Below are positions 1 through 10,740 of a stretch of DNA of 64,000 bases, piece by piece. Below the pieces are notes generated by a model. The model saw only the letters and a list, made by a program, of their open reading frames with translations, searched no databases and was not told the DNA's origin. The position numbers and the translations under genes are program-made. Each line of letters opens with the position of its first letter. The stretch's first letter is position 1. The stretch comes from Oikopleura dioica (taxonomy: Eukaryota > Animalia > Chordata), in assembly GCA_907165135.1 (NCBI GenBank), contig OU015568.1:12648001-12712000 (forward strand), given 5' to 3'.

Positions 1-188
1 GCTATTGTGAGAGATGACTCCTCCTTGATTTCAAGGGTCCAAATCCCAGGATCTACTAGTAGAATCCAGATTCAAGTGATGATGATTCGAGTCCTCTCCA
101 GTAAAATTATGTTTACCTTTTTACTCTGTTTATTTGTCCTCCGAAGTCACTATCTGCCTCGGAACGTATCGACCAACAAAAGATAAAA

Positions 189-2203
189 ATGAGAATAGTA
201 AGTGCGCTTACTTTACTAGCAACTTACGCCACAGCGATAACGAAGACTGTAGCTGTTAGGAATTTAAAATGTTACTCGAATAATTATGAAGTGGGTAATT
301 GTGACTCGATCTCCTTCAAATTCAATCTTGAGAAAAGGAAAGGATTCAAAAAAACAAGTTGATAATTCTTAACGCTCAGTTTGATCCACAAAAAAAGATC
401 TCGAGCAGAAACGAAACTAGAACTTCTATTAGATGGAAAAGCAAGACCACTTGATATAAGAATCGTCTCACAACCTCGACGAATGATGAAAATTTTTCTC
501 TTTGACGGACGAAGACTTCGACCAAGAGTATCCCCCTTTTACGCTGGAGTTCTAAGTACATCTGGCCTCAACGAACTGTATGTCACAATCAACAAGAATG
601 ATTACGTGGTCCTTTTGAATGGAAGAAACATTGCCCAGATAAGCAACAGAAATCTCGGAAAGTCGATGGCTCATCGGAATAAATTTAACAGAATCGTCAA
701 GGCTCGCGCCACCAGTACCCTGCCCATCAAGTATGCAAATTAAAGTCTTCCATTTTTTCTGAAGGCGTTCAAATTTATATTTAAATAATTTCCAGACGAC
801 TGGTGGTGGCTGAAGGAGGACGGGTAAAGCGATGGGCTCGAAATGCCAATGATCCCAATTGTGGTTACACGTAGGATAAAACTAGAATTCATGTTGGTCA
901 AATATTTAGTTTTGAAATTCCCTCGAGTGCAGCATCTGCTCGTGATAAAGCTACAGCCAAGAACTTCGAAGACTACGAAGGGGGAAAATGCATTACTCGG
1001 AGAGACAATATCAATTTTAACATCGCAGCGGTAATTGATCTCCGAAATTCGGGATTTTTAGGAAGTTTGATTTAGGCCCACGTTGTCGGCGGCGTAAAAT
1101 CTATCCCCGGGCAATTCCCATGGCTTGTTTCTCTACGATTTGATCATTATGGAACAGTCACCCACGAGTGCGGAGGTGAACATATATTTTTATCCCTCGA
1201 AAAACAGGATTTCTAGCGTCTTTGATCAACAGAAAATGGGCCGTTTCTGCAGCGCACTGCTTCGCTAGCGACTATGTTGCTAAAAACTACCAAGTTTACG
1301 TTGGCGACTACTCTGTTGCAAACGACGATTACAACAAGGAAAGAACTCATAGGACAACAATTGCTCAGTACGTGAAACATCCTAACTTCAACATGCAATC
1401 ATTGAAGGATGATATTGCTCTTTTGAGTTAGCCGAAGAAGTGCCGAGTTATAATGAATTCCGATCGCCCATTTGTCTGCCGACTTCTTCACAGCAATTTG
1501 GAGAGGGAGACTGCTGCCAGGTAAGCATAAAGATATTTTCCATAGTAAGGTTTTTACTTTAGGTTGCTGGGTGGGGCAAAACAGCATCAAACCAAGCTGA
1601 TCTCGATAGATTCATTGAAATGGATCAGCAATGCGCCCGAAAAACTCCTGGATACTCGCCATTGTACACGAAAGATACTCCCTTAGTACCGGACACTCCA
1701 AGATTCACCTACCAAGAAATCTTTCCAGGCAATGAGTGCGCCAGTCTTATGCGAGGTCGCATGGATACTTCTGGAGCGCAATTTTGCGCTAGCAAGAGAC
1801 TTGAATGCAATCTTATGGCTGATACTTGCCAGGGGGATTCCGGAGGACCCTTCTTTTGCAAAGAGCCCGGAACCTGTAAGAGAAAGATATAATACAGCTA
1901 AATAATCATTTTAGTTGACTCTGAAGAACCGTCAATCACAATGAATGGGGCTAGTTACAAACTTGCTAATACTGATAGAGCGGTTCTTTGGGGAATCACG
2001 AGTAGTGGCGGAAGTTACAATTCTGCTGGTGAGCATACTGGCTGTGGAGATGCTACGGGAGACAGTAAAGGAGGTTAAAAAAACTGACACTTTTAGGCAC
2101 TCTTTTATCAAATTTTCTAGCTGGTATTTACACTAATGTTGCTTCGTACATGGAATGGATCATGGGCGTCTTCCGAAAGAATAGATTCAGCCCGTCAGGA
2201 TGA
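189..2203 (+). CDS. Secreted trypsin-like serine protease, multi-exon, with an apparent 1-nt frameshift near 1421-1425
   Basis: Signal-peptide-like start MRIVSALTLLATYATA. VVGG activation site, then SAAHC, DIAL and DTCQGDSGGP (S1 Asp) across exons, ending TNVASYMEWI. The frame breaks just after DIALL. Confidence 0.85.
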
Positions 2204-2463
2204 TCATTTTTTAGCTTGTGAATAAAAAAAAACTAGAAAATCATAATAACAAGCTCATTTGTCTAAGACGAAATGGCCAAGCGGGTTTAATTGATTTTCA
2301 AATTCCTCAATCGTTCTAAACAAAATGCATATCGTATAATAACCTTTCCCGCAAATGCATAAAATTGAATCGAGTTATGTTTTGAGTTGATTTTTATCCA
2401 AATATTGGATAAAAGGTAAGTTGTAAGAGATTATTTTCTGAAAGAGAAATTTCTTTTAGCAAA

Positions 2464-5400
2464 ATGTTGCTGCTTTTCGGAGCATGTTTCCTGACGGGAA
2501 TATCGGGCCGAGTTCAATATTCGAGCTTCGATAACCTTGACGGAATCCAGGTTGGCTCCAAATTTTTCTATCTCAATGCACCGCAAGGAGCTGCGGCTTC
2601 TCCAGCAAACTTTAACGACGCAAAAGAAGTTTGTGAGATGAATGGAGGGAAACTCGCGATCCCTCAAAACGCAGATGAAGATCAAGCTATCTCTAGCTAC
2701 ATCGAGGAGCATTTTCTTGGAGATGCGTCTCAAATCCGACAATACGACGGGGCGTGGATCGGAATCTACATGCTTCAAAACGGAACTTTCATGGACATCG
2801 ATGGCAACCAGGCTGATTATGTTCCCCTTGATTTTCACTCCCGACTCGTCGCGGATTTCGATATTTGTCTTTCCATCACTCAAGGTTTCTACTTTTCGTC
2901 CTCGGAAAGCAGCTACACTGAAGCAGTGATGTGGGATGAGAGCTTCTGCGGCCGAAGTAAGATGCCACTTTGTGAGATCGATCTCTCCACGACCTGTAAA
3001 ATTACTCTTGTCGCCCCTGCTGTCGAAAATCTGAGCCTTTTGCCTCACGAAGAATCCTGTGAAGGAAGCAGCCGATGTTTCAACGGGACATTGGTTGTTG
3101 ACACCTGCACTTTCCCTACTCTCTATTCTGTCAACGAGACTGCTTGCGTTGATCCAAGAGAAGTGCCAGAATGTGATGTTAACGAGTGCCTTGACCCGAA
3201 CGCTTGTCCTGTCAACTCCATAAACTGCACGAACGAAGTGGGTACATACACTTGCGAGTGCGATGCCGGATACGAATTCAACGACTTTGGCTGGACTTGG
3301 AACACAACTGCTTGGGAATGTTCAGATATTGACGAGTGTGCTGAGCAACTTGATGACTGCAGCGGCAGGAGCTCCTGTAATAATTTTGACGGTGGTTTTG
3401 ATTGCATCTGCCACACTGGTTTTTATTACGAGAACTTTACCCACGGAGAATGCGTCGACTACGATGAGTGTCACGATGGAATCTTCTACGATAGAAATGT
3501 TTGGCCAGCGATTCTGATTGGAGACAGTCAAGATCCGATGAACACTTCTGTCATGGCGGATGTCTGGGAAATGATCACAGCATGCCCATCTTTCTCGAGT
3601 TGTGCCAATCAGCTTGGAGCGTACAACTGCACTTGTGATGATGGGTACATGATGAAGATGGATAACTTCTCTGACTATGGCTTCATGTGCGAAGACTTCG
3701 ACGAATGTGCAAGTGGCGATCACATGTGCGATGAAAACGCTTTTTGCGACAATGACTCGCCTGGTTACAATTGTACTTGCATGATCGGTTACATTGGTGA
3801 TGGCTGGAACTGCACTGACGTTGATGAATGTGCGGACGGAACTGATATGTGTGACGATAATGCTGTCTGCGACAACTTCGACGGCGGATACAATTGTACA
3901 TGTGAAGTAGGCTGGGAAGGATCTGGATTCAACTGCACCGATGTTGACGAGTGTCTCGAAGAAGAAGCTCTCCGACAAATCGGCGCTTTTGATGACTGTG
4001 ATATCAACTCTTCTTGTAACAACTTGCCAGGATCTTACAACTGTACCTGTGACGAGGGATATTTTGGAGATGGATTTAATTGCACCGACGTCGACGAGTG
4101 CGATCTTGGGATTGATATGTGCAATGATAACGCGGAATGTGGCAATTTTGAAGGTGGATACAACTGCACATGTGTGATCGGATGGGAAGGAGATGGTTTC
4201 AACTGTACGGACGTTGACGAATGTGCACAAGAAGATCTTCTTAGACAAATTGGTGCATTTGATGACTGCGATGTCAACTCAGTTTGTCAAAACTTGCCAG
4301 GCTCGTACAACTGCACTTGTATGGACGGATTCACCGGTAACGGAACCGTCTGCGACGATATTGACGAGTGCTCAGACGGATCCAACGACTGCCATGAAAA
4401 TGCTTACTGCATGAACTTTGATGGCGGGTTTAACTGCACTTGCATGGAAGGATATTTCGACGCAGGTTCCCAAAATGATACAAGTGGTACCTTATGCGAG
4501 GACTTTGACGAATGTCTCGCGGGAACCGATGCTTGTCACAATCAAGCTACTTGTAACAATACTGATGGAAGTTATACTTGCGATTGTAATGACGGATTTT
4601 ACGGCGACGGCTTCTGCTGCAAGGATTCTGATGAATGCGGATCACAAATCTTTTCAACTACTGATGAACCTACAACAACTACAAATTGGCAACCAACAAC
4701 GACTACATTAGAAAGCTGCGAGTTCGGTCCGATCTCTCTTCCATGCCCAGCTGATTTTGAAGATTTCAATGGACGATGCTACAAAACACTTTCTAGCCCT
4801 CGAGATTATTATGCTGCTGCTGACCGATGTCAAGAACTTGCTTTCGAAAATGACAGTCCGAATGGCTACATCGCGACTTTTGTTGATGGAGCTCCTTTCT
4901 CTGAGCAATTTGATGTGCTTGTTTCACTTGCTGGTGATAAAGCACCTTGGATGGGGTTGGTCTGGAGTAGCGGCTTCTACGGGAACATATTTGGGGAATC
5001 ATTTTCAGAAATTTTGGGTGATAATGATGCCAGTTTCTTTTGGGCGCCGAATTTCCCAAAACCAGCAAACGGCGACTGTGTCCATTTCACACTTGTTGCC
5101 ACTTTGAAAAACAACGATTGCTCGATCGAAAGACCAGTCATTTGCATGATTGAATATCCCGAAACATTCCCTGTTGACTCTCAAGTTGCGACCAATAACT
5201 GCAGTGCGTTTGCCACTTGTGCCAATACTTTCGGAGATTATGAATGTTTCTGCAATGACGGCTACAATGGAACTGGATTTTCTTGCGAAGATGTCGACGA
5301 ATGCGCTTTAGAGATCGATGAATGCGGTCCTGCTAATGTCGGTTGTGTTAATTTTGACGGAGGCTACAATTGTACTTGCGAAGACGGCTACCGAGGAGAT

Positions 5401-8067
5401 GGTTTCGACCCTGCTTTCCTCGCTACTCGAATCGCTTACACCGGGTGTGAGGATATCGACGAATGCTCTGAAGGAACTCACATGTGTCACGGTATTGCAG
5501 ATTGCACAAACTTTGATGGTGGTTACAACTGTACGTGTCATCTCGGCTATGAAGGTGATGGATTTAATTGTACTGATGTTGATGAGTGCCGAGAAGAAAA
5601 TATGCTCAGAATGGTTGGCGCTTTTGACGACTGCGATGAAAATTCACACTGTTCGAATTTCCCTGGTGGTTACAATTGCACCTGCAATGATGGATTCCAA
5701 GGCGATGGATTCAACTGTACCGACATCGATGAGTGTGCAGAAGATGGAACTTGTCATGATAATGCCTTCTGCAATAATTTTGACGGAGGATTCAACTGCA
5801 CTTGTTTTGATGGCTACCAAGGCGATGGATTCAACTGTACTGACATTGATGAATGCGCTGATGGATCTGATGAGTGCGTCGATTTCTCCTTCTGCACAAA
5901 CTTTGATGGTGGCTTCAACTGTACCTGCGAAGACGGTCTCGAAGGAGACGCCCTCGTTGAGTGCGTTGATATGGATGAATGCGCTACCGGATTTAACACT
6001 TGTGGTGAAAACGCAAATTGTACAAACACTTTCCAAAGCTATGAGTGTTCCTGCAATCCTGGATTCCACGATGCCGGATATTGTCCAAGAGGATCTTCTG
6101 ATGGATCGGATGACATGTTCTTCTCCACCATTGACCATGACAACTGCATTAATCTTTACCCATCTCTACGAAATTTCGACGAAGCCATCAATATCTGCCA
6201 AAACGAAGGCGGTGAACTCTTGACCTTCGATCAGACCAATCAAAATGATCTTAGCATGTTCAACGCTTGGGTTTTCAATATTGCTGCTGGTCTCCCTGCT
6301 TGGATTGGCTACACCGCTCCATCTGGTGCCAACGATCCATCTTTGATGACCAATATATACACAAATGAACCAATAGCGAGTACATTCAACCTTGCGCCAA
6401 AACACCCAAATATCTGGGACGAAGCCTGTTTCCACATGACGGCTATCGGCCAGTGGAAACAATCCGAATGCACAAAGTTCAGACCAACTCTTTGCATCTT
6501 TGATCAAGGTCCTGTTGGGGAGATTTGCGAAGACATCGACGAGTGCGCGGAGAATATTTGCGCTGAAAACGCTAATTGTGTCAATTCTGTCGGTTCTTTC
6601 GAGTGTACTTGTCCAGATGGGTTTTCTGGTGATGGTTTCACTTGCGAGGATATCAACGAGTGCGATTTTACTCCTGTTCCATGCGCTGCTAACGCAAACT
6701 GCAACAATTTTGATGGTGGATTCGAGTGCCTCTGCGCAGAAGGATTCGAAATGAATGCCAACGAAACTAGCTGTGTTGATATCAATGAGTGTGCTGACCC
6801 AACCACTTGCTCTGATCCTAATTCTTCGTGTTCCAACACTGAGGGAAGTTTCTCCTGCGACTGTAATGCGGGATACGAGCTTGATACTACAGATCTCTGC
6901 GTTGACATCAACGAGTGCCTCGATGGATCCAACCAGTGCTTCCATCAACTTGCTACTTGTGCTAACTTGGATGGAGGGTATGAATGTATCTGTGCCGATG
7001 GGTACGAGGGAGACGGTCTTACCACTGGTGATAACTGTACTGATATCGACGAGTGCTCAGATGCAACAATCTGCGATGCTAAGGAGAATAGCGAATGTGT
7101 CAATTCAGTCGGTAGTTATGATTGCGCTTGCAAACCTGGCTTCTTGCCTCTTGGAACTGAGTGCCTTGATTTTAACGAATGCCTTATCCCAGGCGCACAT
7201 GATAAGTGCGATCCCGTCAATGGAATCTGCGACAACACCATTGGTTCATATGAGTGTTCTTGCCCAGAATTCTTCAGCGGTAACGGTACGGTCGATGATC
7301 CTTGTGTCAGCGACCTTGGTTTCTGCTTGTACGACGAACTCAACATCGAAAATGCTGTAATGACTGATTGCAGCACATCAACAGATGAGTTCGAATCCTG
7401 CACCGGTGTAACTTGTGCTCAAGGTCTTTACCTGACTTTTGATGGAAAAGACCCCATGAATATTGTTTCTGAGTGTACCTGCGACAATCATGTCAACTGC
7501 ACTCATACCTTGAACAAGAATGTTGCCTGTGTTGACTGCCCCGATAACGATGTCATCACTTGGTTTGGATTCAGCACAAATCAAATCAAGGTAAGACATT
7601 CGTCAGTCATAAATTATTTAGATATTGACTTTCAGGTTTCCGGCCCAACCGGTGGCCTCATTCAATCCCGTGTTGAAGCCAACCTCGCCGTCACTTCTGA
7701 CTGGAGCACTTACACCGTTCTCTTGGTCTTCCCAGGCGATCTCACCGACGCACGAATTTTCACCTGGGTCTTTGACGTTGCTAACGTTATTCTTGAAGCT
7801 GATGGAAGTTCTACAATGGTTGTGCTCAACCAGAATGCGAACTCTCCAAGTTTAACGGACGCCTGGTCCGAGTTCTTTGTTGGTCTCGACAACGTTGCTT
7901 CAATTGTTGACTCGGATGACTTGACAACATTCAAAGTTGGAGTTATGCCCGGATCTATCGCCAACCCAGACTGTGTTCTCGATACAAACGCTGATATGCC
8001 ATCAGAATCTTCCTCGAGAATCAAGCAGAGAAAAGAGCGAAAATATGCAAGAAGAAATAATGCATAA
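2464..8067 (+). CDS. Large secreted matrix protein with 3 C-type lectin domains, a CBM14 chitin-binding domain, many Ca-binding EGF repeats and a C-terminal beta-rich domain (oikosin/fibrillin-like)
   Basis: 1867-aa ORF with signal peptide, repeated D(V/I)DEC...C.N..GG(Y/F)NCTC, and CTL motifs (AWIG, WMG). PHEESC..CFNG..C..C..PEC fits CBM14. Probable in-frame 45-nt GT-AG intron at 7591-7635. Confidence 0.88.
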   Translation: MLLLFGACFLTGISGRVQYSSFDNLDGIQVGSKFFYLNAPQGAAASPANFNDAKEVCEMNGGKLAIPQNADEDQAISSYIEEHFLGDASQIRQYDGAWIGIYMLQNGTFMDIDGNQADYVPLDFHSRLVADFDICLSITQGFYFSSSESSYTEAVMWDESFCGRSKMPLCEIDLSTTCKITLVAPAVENLSLLPHEESCEGSSRCFNGTLVVDTCTFPTLYSVNETACVDPREVPECDVNECLDPNACPVNSINCTNEVGTYTCECDAGYEFNDFGWTWNTTAWECSDIDECAEQLDDCSGRSSCNNFDGGFDCICHTGFYYENFTHGECVDYDECHDGIFYDRNVWPAILIGDSQDPMNTSVMADVWEMITACPSFSSCANQLGAYNCTCDDGYMMKMDNFSDYGFMCEDFDECASGDHMCDENAFCDNDSPGYNCTCMIGYIGDGWNCTDVDECADGTDMCDDNAVCDNFDGGYNCTCEVGWEGSGFNCTDVDECLEEEALRQIGAFDDCDINSSCNNLPGSYNCTCDEGYFGDGFNCTDVDECDLGIDMCNDNAECGNFEGGYNCTCVIGWEGDGFNCTDVDECAQEDLLRQIGAFDDCDVNSVCQNLPGSYNCTCMDGFTGNGTVCDDIDECSDGSNDCHENAYCMNFDGGFNCTCMEGYFDAGSQNDTSGTLCEDFDECLAGTDACHNQATCNNTDGSYTCDCNDGFYGDGFCCKDSDECGSQIFSTTDEPTTTTNWQPTTTTLESCEFGPISLPCPADFEDFNGRCYKTLSSPRDYYAAADRCQELAFENDSPNGYIATFVDGAPFSEQFDVLVSLAGDKAPWMGLVWSSGFYGNIFGESFSEILGDNDASFFWAPNFPKPANGDCVHFTLVATLKNNDCSIERPVICMIEYPETFPVDSQVATNNCSAFATCANTFGDYECFCNDGYNGTGFSCEDVDECALEIDECGPANVGCVNFDGGYNCTCEDGYRGDGFDPAFLATRIAYTGCEDIDECSEGTHMCHGIADCTNFDGGYNCTCHLGYEGDGFNCTDVDECREENMLRMVGAFDDCDENSHCSNFPGGYNCTCNDGFQGDGFNCTDIDECAEDGTCHDNAFCNNFDGGFNCTCFDGYQGDGFNCTDIDECADGSDECVDFSFCTNFDGGFNCTCEDGLEGDALVECVDMDECATGFNTCGENANCTNTFQSYECSCNPGFHDAGYCPRGSSDGSDDMFFSTIDHDNCINLYPSLRNFDEAINICQNEGGELLTFDQTNQNDLSMFNAWVFNIAAGLPAWIGYTAPSGANDPSLMTNIYTNEPIASTFNLAPKHPNIWDEACFHMTAIGQWKQSECTKFRPTLCIFDQGPVGEICEDIDECAENICAENANCVNSVGSFECTCPDGFSGDGFTCEDINECDFTPVPCAANANCNNFDGGFECLCAEGFEMNANETSCVDINECADPTTCSDPNSSCSNTEGSFSCDCNAGYELDTTDLCVDINECLDGSNQCFHQLATCANLDGGYECICADGYEGDGLTTGDNCTDIDECSDATICDAKENSECVNSVGSYDCACKPGFLPLGTECLDFNECLIPGAHDKCDPVNGICDNTIGSYECSCPEFFSGNGTVDDPCVSDLGFCLYDELNIENAVMTDCSTSTDEFESCTGVTCAQGLYLTFDGKDPMNIVSECTCDNHVNCTHTLNKNVACVDCPDNDVITWFGFSTNQIKVRHSSVINYLDIDFQVSGPTGGLIQSRVEANLAVTSDWSTYTVLLVFPGDLTDARIFTWVFDVANVILEADGSSTMVVLNQNANSPSLTDAWSEFFVGLDNVASIVDSDDLTTFKVGVMPGSIANPDCVLDTNADMPSESSSRIKQRKERKYARRNNA

Positions 8068-8238
8068 ATTTTCGTAAAAGCTGTAGTGACTCAAACGTAG
8101 TGAGAAAAATAAACTCTCATTTTTATATATCCAGAATTTTTAATTGTCGTTCAATTATATTTTCATTTTGATCAATTTATTAAAAAAAACAATGAACTTT
8201 GAAGAAGCAAGAATGAAATTTAAGTCGTCAAAAAGTAT

Positions 8239-9156
8239 TCAGCGACAGGTACTTGTTGTTTTTTGGTAAAACATATCTTTACAGTGTACCCCGGCTGGCC
8301 ACGAGAAGCCCTCCACTTTGACGAATTTCATAGTACAGACTTCTTCCTTTTCGATGGATACTTTTTGAATCGATCCACGTCCACAGCAGAGCTCATCACA
8401 GGTTCCAGCTCCGTATGATTTCGTAGCGTCGCAAACTCTTCCTCGAGTGACTTCGCAGAAATTGGGAGATTTCTTCCCAAAGATCAATCGGTCGTTGATG
8501 AACGAATCGAAGACTGCTTTTGGTAGAATTTCAAGTTGTCGTTGTTGGATTCGAGCAGCAGATTCGTACTTTTCTTTGATAATTCTGTTCATCTTATTGA
8601 CGTTCGTGCTCGCTTTCCAGCAGGTTTTCTGAGCGCAGCTTCCGGAAGGACCATGGCACTTGCAGACAGTATTCTTGGCGCTTTCAGCAGCATTTCGACC
8701 GACTTTGTTATTGTGAATTCCAAATAAGAAGGGCTTCTTTTTAAGAGCAGCGACATCGGTAAATTCAAGAGCGAACTGCTCAGCATTGAAATTTTCACAA
8801 TCAGCTGAGCCCAGTTTGCAAAATTTTTCGAGGGAGTTCTTGAGATGAGCCGTAGCGAGAGCATGGAGATATGCGCTTTCTTGAGTTGGTTGTTCAAGTT
8901 CTGGTTGCTCTTTGGGAAGCGTTTTGATGCCGTTGCAGCCCCAGAGGGTGTCAGACATCGACTCGAAGCAAGAGGAAGAAGTGACTTCAGCTGCATTCTT
9001 AATCGCAGGGGCGATGAAGCTATTGCGTCGACAGAGATTTTTTTGCTGAGAAGTAAATCCAGAGTAGGAGCAGATCTCACCAGCCGAAGATCGGATGCCA
9101 ATCCAGGAGAGAGAAGATGCCTCTGAAAAGGCAAGGAGAATGTTGGAGATTTTCAT
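8239..9156 (-). CDS. Wnt ligand, intronless and divergent (probably Wnt11-type)
   Basis: Signal peptide, ESAYLHAL, HNNKVGR, CKCHGPSGSC..KTCW, SPNFC and LCCGRG, all in one uninterrupted ORF. Confidence 0.9.
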   Translation of the reverse strand: MKISNILLAFSEASSLSWIGIRSSAGEICSYSGFTSQQKNLCRRNSFIAPAIKNAAEVTSSSCFESMSDTLWGCNGIKTLPKEQPELEQPTQESAYLHALATAHLKNSLEKFCKLGSADCENFNAEQFALEFTDVAALKKKPFLFGIHNNKVGRNAAESAKNTVCKCHGPSGSCAQKTCWKASTNVNKMNRIIKEKYESAARIQQRQLEILPKAVFDSFINDRLIFGKKSPNFCEVTRGRVCDATKSYGAGTCDELCCGRGSIQKVSIEKEEVCTMKFVKVEGFSWPAGVHCKDMFYQKTTSTCR

Positions 9157-9499
9157 TTTTGGTTGTTTTTGTAAGAGTTTGAATGATCATTGAAGGTATG
9201 TCTCCGCTTTTATATCGTCAAAGACTGTAGCGCTAGAACCTGATTCAAACAGATGTCCCAGTATTTTTTCTTTGAAGCGCAGATGGAAAATATAGCCAAC
9301 ATCCGTTTTTATCTGATTGTCCATCGTATGTTGCAACTTCTCAGAAGTGATCCGCAACAGATGCACCGATCCACCTTACCGAAACAAGCGGCTATCAAAC
9401 AAGCGAATATGCATGAAATCGTAGTTCAAAGGTACAGGTTCAAGAGTAATTAGGTCAAGAATATACAAATTCATAATTATCTAAATTTTCCACTTCGGG

Positions 9500-9645
9500 T
9501 CTTTTTCGAGAAGATGATAGAATATTCCAGAAGAATTTGAAGGCTCCAGACGACAGACATCTACAGATAGAAGATTCCAGAACATTGTACCCTGGAAATA
9601 GAACCTTCTGGAAGAAACGGCGCCAGTCATCAGAAACTATAAATA
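9500..9645 (+). promoter_or_regulatory. Heat-shock elements and TATA box of sHSP copy 1
   Basis: Arrays of inverted nGAAn: GAATATTCCAGAA, GAAGATTCCAGAA, GAACCTTCTGGAA. TATAAATA at 9638-9645. Confidence 0.8.
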
Positions 9646-9697
9646 CCGGACGAGAGACGGTTTTTTCATCACACCAGAGACACAAAAACGAACGAAA

Positions 9698-10129
9698 ATG
9701 TTTACTTTTTCCAACGAACACTTTGAACCGCTGATGAACCAGCTCTTTTCTGAGTTCGCCCATTCCGCCAACAAGCGAGGAGGATGCTGCCAAACTGCTG
9801 AGAAATCGAGCAAGTGGTGCAGCTGCATCAACCTTTCTTCCATCCCCACCAAGGCCGAGGAACTGCACGTGAAGGTGGACGAGAAGAGCCGCACTTTGAC
9901 CGTGTCTGGAAAGTCTGAAACCGAGTCTACTCGACGAGACGGATTGAAGATCTTCTCAACGCACGTTTGGACAAAAGAAATTCGAATTCCAGAGGATGTG
10001 GAGCTGAAGACGATCGCGTCAAAGTTGCAGGAGAATCAGCTCACTTTCGTCGCCCAACGAGTGCAGAAAGAAGAAGAAAAGCAACAAGAAATTCCGATCG
10101 AGATCGTCGATACTCCTGCTCTTGACTGA
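9698..10129 (+). CDS. Small heat-shock protein (alpha-crystallin/HSP20 domain), copy 1
   Basis: 143-aa intronless ORF with EELHVKV..LTVSGK..KEIRIPEDV..IASKLQENQLTF. HSEs upstream and AATAAA at 10201. Confidence 0.85.
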   Translation: MFTFSNEHFEPLMNQLFSEFAHSANKRGGCCQTAEKSSKWCSCINLSSIPTKAEELHVKVDEKSRTLTVSGKSETESTRRDGLKIFSTHVWTKEIRIPEDVELKTIASKLQENQLTFVAQRVQKEEEKQQEIPIEIVDTPALD

Positions 10130-10259
10130 GAAAGTCGATTATCGTTCATTCTTTTCTTAGCTGATTTTACGGAAAACACATAGATACAGTATTAACCTGC
10201 AATAAACGGAATCCTGATTTAAATTTTGCTACTTATGCTGGCTAGAACCAGCCTCCTTC

Positions 10260-10378
10260 GCTTAGCGTCATACCGCGTAGAATAAACCAGTTCTCGTCCG
10301 ATCACTGAAGTCAAACTACGACGGGCGGGGTTAGTACTTACATGGGTGACCGGTTGGGAATACCTCGTGCGCTAAGCA
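10260..10378 (+). rRNA. 5S rRNA, copy 1
   Basis: 119 nt with terminal helix GCTTAGCG...CGCTAAGC and box C-like GTTAGTACTT..ATGGGTGACC..TGGGAATACC, followed by a T-run terminator. Confidence 0.93.
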
Positions 10379-10647
10379 TTTTGCATTTTATTCAAATGAT
10401 GATTATCGTTTTTAACGAGGAGCCGTTCATGTCGTAAATAATTCAACAATTGTTGAATAACCAACTCTTTAGTCATTGAAAAAAGTCACCATGTTTGCGT
10501 GCGGCAAGCATTGAGTTTTGAGCTTGCCTGGCGGGCGGCGTGGCACTTGGGAAAAAGCGCCCTCTACCGCGCGCCTTTCTGAAAAGAGGCCGAAAATAGG
10601 AGCGCGCAGCGACAAAACGACCTCGAAATCAAGGACCCCTTCTCTTT

Positions 10648-10740
10648 ACTCATCCCATTTTTGAGTCCGATTTCGATTGTCTAACAGGTAAGAATCGTCT
10701 CCATGCCCTCTCTCTCCTATCCCTCTCGCCTCTTACAAAA
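10648..10740 (+). ncRNA. Spliced-leader RNA locus, copy 1 (exon 10648-10687, donor GTAAG; 3' end uncertain)
   Basis: Matches the 40-nt O. dioica SL exon as recalled, followed by GTAAG. It lies downstream of 5S, the linkage reported for this species. Confidence 0.88.

Noticed and set aside
2431-8024. Many overlapping alternative-frame and antisense ORFs across the EGF gene
   Set aside because: Shadows of a repetitive Cys/Asp-rich coding sequence, with no recognisable domains.
10441-10458. 18-bp perfect palindrome ATTCAACAATTGTTGAAT between 5S and SL
   Set aside because: Real but AT-rich; no function can be assigned from this window alone.
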